A DNA stretch of 64,000 nt, taken from Antedon mediterranea (lineage: Eukaryota > Animalia > Echinodermata). A model generated the notes under the pieces. It was not told where the DNA came from, ran no database searches, and worked only from the letters and a program-made list of their open reading frames with translations. The position numbers were made by a program, and so were the translations under genes. Location: assembly GCF_964355755.1 (NCBI RefSeq), contig NC_092672.1, forward strand, positions 29,766,437 to 29,830,436, written 5' to 3'. Shown in pieces: positions 62,888 to 64,000 of this stretch (position 1 is its first letter; each line of letters opens with the position of its first letter).

Positions 62888-63012
62888 TTATGGAAAGCCA
62901 GCAACATCATTGTCTGTATATCCAGGTTCTTCATCTGTATATTCGACTGACGGGAAGGAAAGAGAACCAGACTGTTTCCATTCAGGTGATATACAGTCTA
63001 GACCATCGTAAT
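62888..63012 (-). CDS. Possible terminal coding exon of a gene extending beyond the window
   Basis: TTATTTATTTTAG acceptor (63013-63014), open 41-codon acidic frame (.YDGLDCISPEWKQSGSLSFPSVEYTDEEPGYTDNDVAGFP*), higher GC than flanks, AATAAA about 300 bp downstream. No recognisable domain. Confidence 0.35.
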
Positions 63013-63055
63013 CTAAAATAAATAATTATGTACAGCAATTCATATATGGTTATAC

Positions 63056-63088
63056 CATGGAGAAATAAGTTATATTTCTCCATCCATG
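63056..63088. mobile_element. 33-bp quasi-palindromic micro-insertion with 7-bp TSD
   Basis: CATGGAGAAATA-AGTTA-TATTTCTCCAT-CCATG flanked by GTTATAC (63049-63055, 63089-63095). Confidence 0.75.
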
Positions 63089-63659
63089 GTTATACGAAAC
63101 TCGCATGGGTTAGGCCTATTTGGTTTGCGCGAGATGAATATTGATACAAAGGCCAACAATAACAGGTTCAGCTATTTAAGTGTCAAGAATTGCAATTGTA
63201 GGAAATTTTATTTTCAGGCTATACTGGGCCACATAGTACGGCGAATATGTACTATTGGCATTACCGCCTTGGCTATACGCTATTTAGGGCTATATAACCT
63301 TACGTAAACAGATACAAATTCATAACATAAAATATTTACATTTTTTTTAAAGCATACACACAGGTTGGTGAATGGCTGAAAGTTGATCTTGGAGCAGACT
63401 ATACGATTACAACAGTGGTCATCATTAATAGAATAAGTAAACTTTTTTATCACAATTATTAAAGTCATTTTCACCTTCCATTCCACGTACAATTATCATT
63501 TTTATACGTATTTAACTTATCATTTTACCTAATAATATATAAATTAATATTATATATTATAAAATAATGTAAAAATATATAAAACAACATTATTGTTTTA
63601 TATATTTGCACATTCTACCAAAGTACTTATATGTTTCATTGTACGTCTTTTTGCTGTTC

Positions 63660-63840
63660 TTTCAAAGGACCTCATTGGAAACAAGTCCGTAGAGGACTTT
63701 TATGAGTTATCCTTGGCATCCTTTCTTGTTATATTCATGGTTTTTTATATATGCTATTTTTAATTTTAATTGTATGTCTGTGATTTTTTTATGTACTGAT
63801 GCCGAAATAAATCAAATCAAAATCAAATCAAAATCAAATC
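63660..63840 (+). mobile_element. 3' UTR remnant of a CR1/L2-group LINE
   Basis: AAGGACCTCATTGGAAACAAG...TATCCT resembles the 3' UTR at 41755-41806; AATAAA plus (AAATC)n tail. Confidence 0.7.
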
Positions 63841-64000
63841 ACTCAAGGCGCTTGCGGAAAACAAAAGAAAAACTAATCCGTTAACAAAACAAAAAATACC
63901 AAATCTAGTCCAATCAAATCCGCATAACTGCTTTTCGTTTCTATAGTACAAAACTCACATTTGTTTGTTAGTTATGTGAGCATCTCACTAGACAATAAAT

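Overview
AT-rich animal (metazoan) genomic DNA, not prokaryotic. An echinoderm-like invertebrate deuterostome is my inference from the repeat content, and the sequence does not prove it. Two host genes are recognisable and both look damaged. (1) An intronless BTB-BACK-Kelch gene (+, 7813-15179) is split by a 5.7-kb four-level nest of transposons and carries a 5-bp frameshifting duplication. (2) A four-coding-exon NLR-type immune gene (-, 37284-27834) encodes tandem DED-like domains, two duplicated 60-bp microexons, NACHT and highly repetitive LRRs, with a frameshift (ATGA stop/start overlap) inside NACHT; a relic of a paralogue lies downstream. The rest is mostly mobile DNA: about nine non-LTR retrotransposon copies (CR1/L2-group, Rex/Babar-like, L1/Tx1-like; one apparently full-length with a 2A-like motif, one with a PHD finger fused to ORF2), DNA transposons (Academ-, Kolobok-, hAT-, pogo-, Harbinger- and Helentron-like), SINE relics and a 2.9-kb 42-bp satellite. 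The least-explained signals are two 33-36-bp palindromic insertions with 7-bp target duplications, a strong excess of the octamer TAGGCCTA, and the framework/hypervariable pattern of the NLR LRRs. All family assignments come from motif recognition by eye, with no database search.
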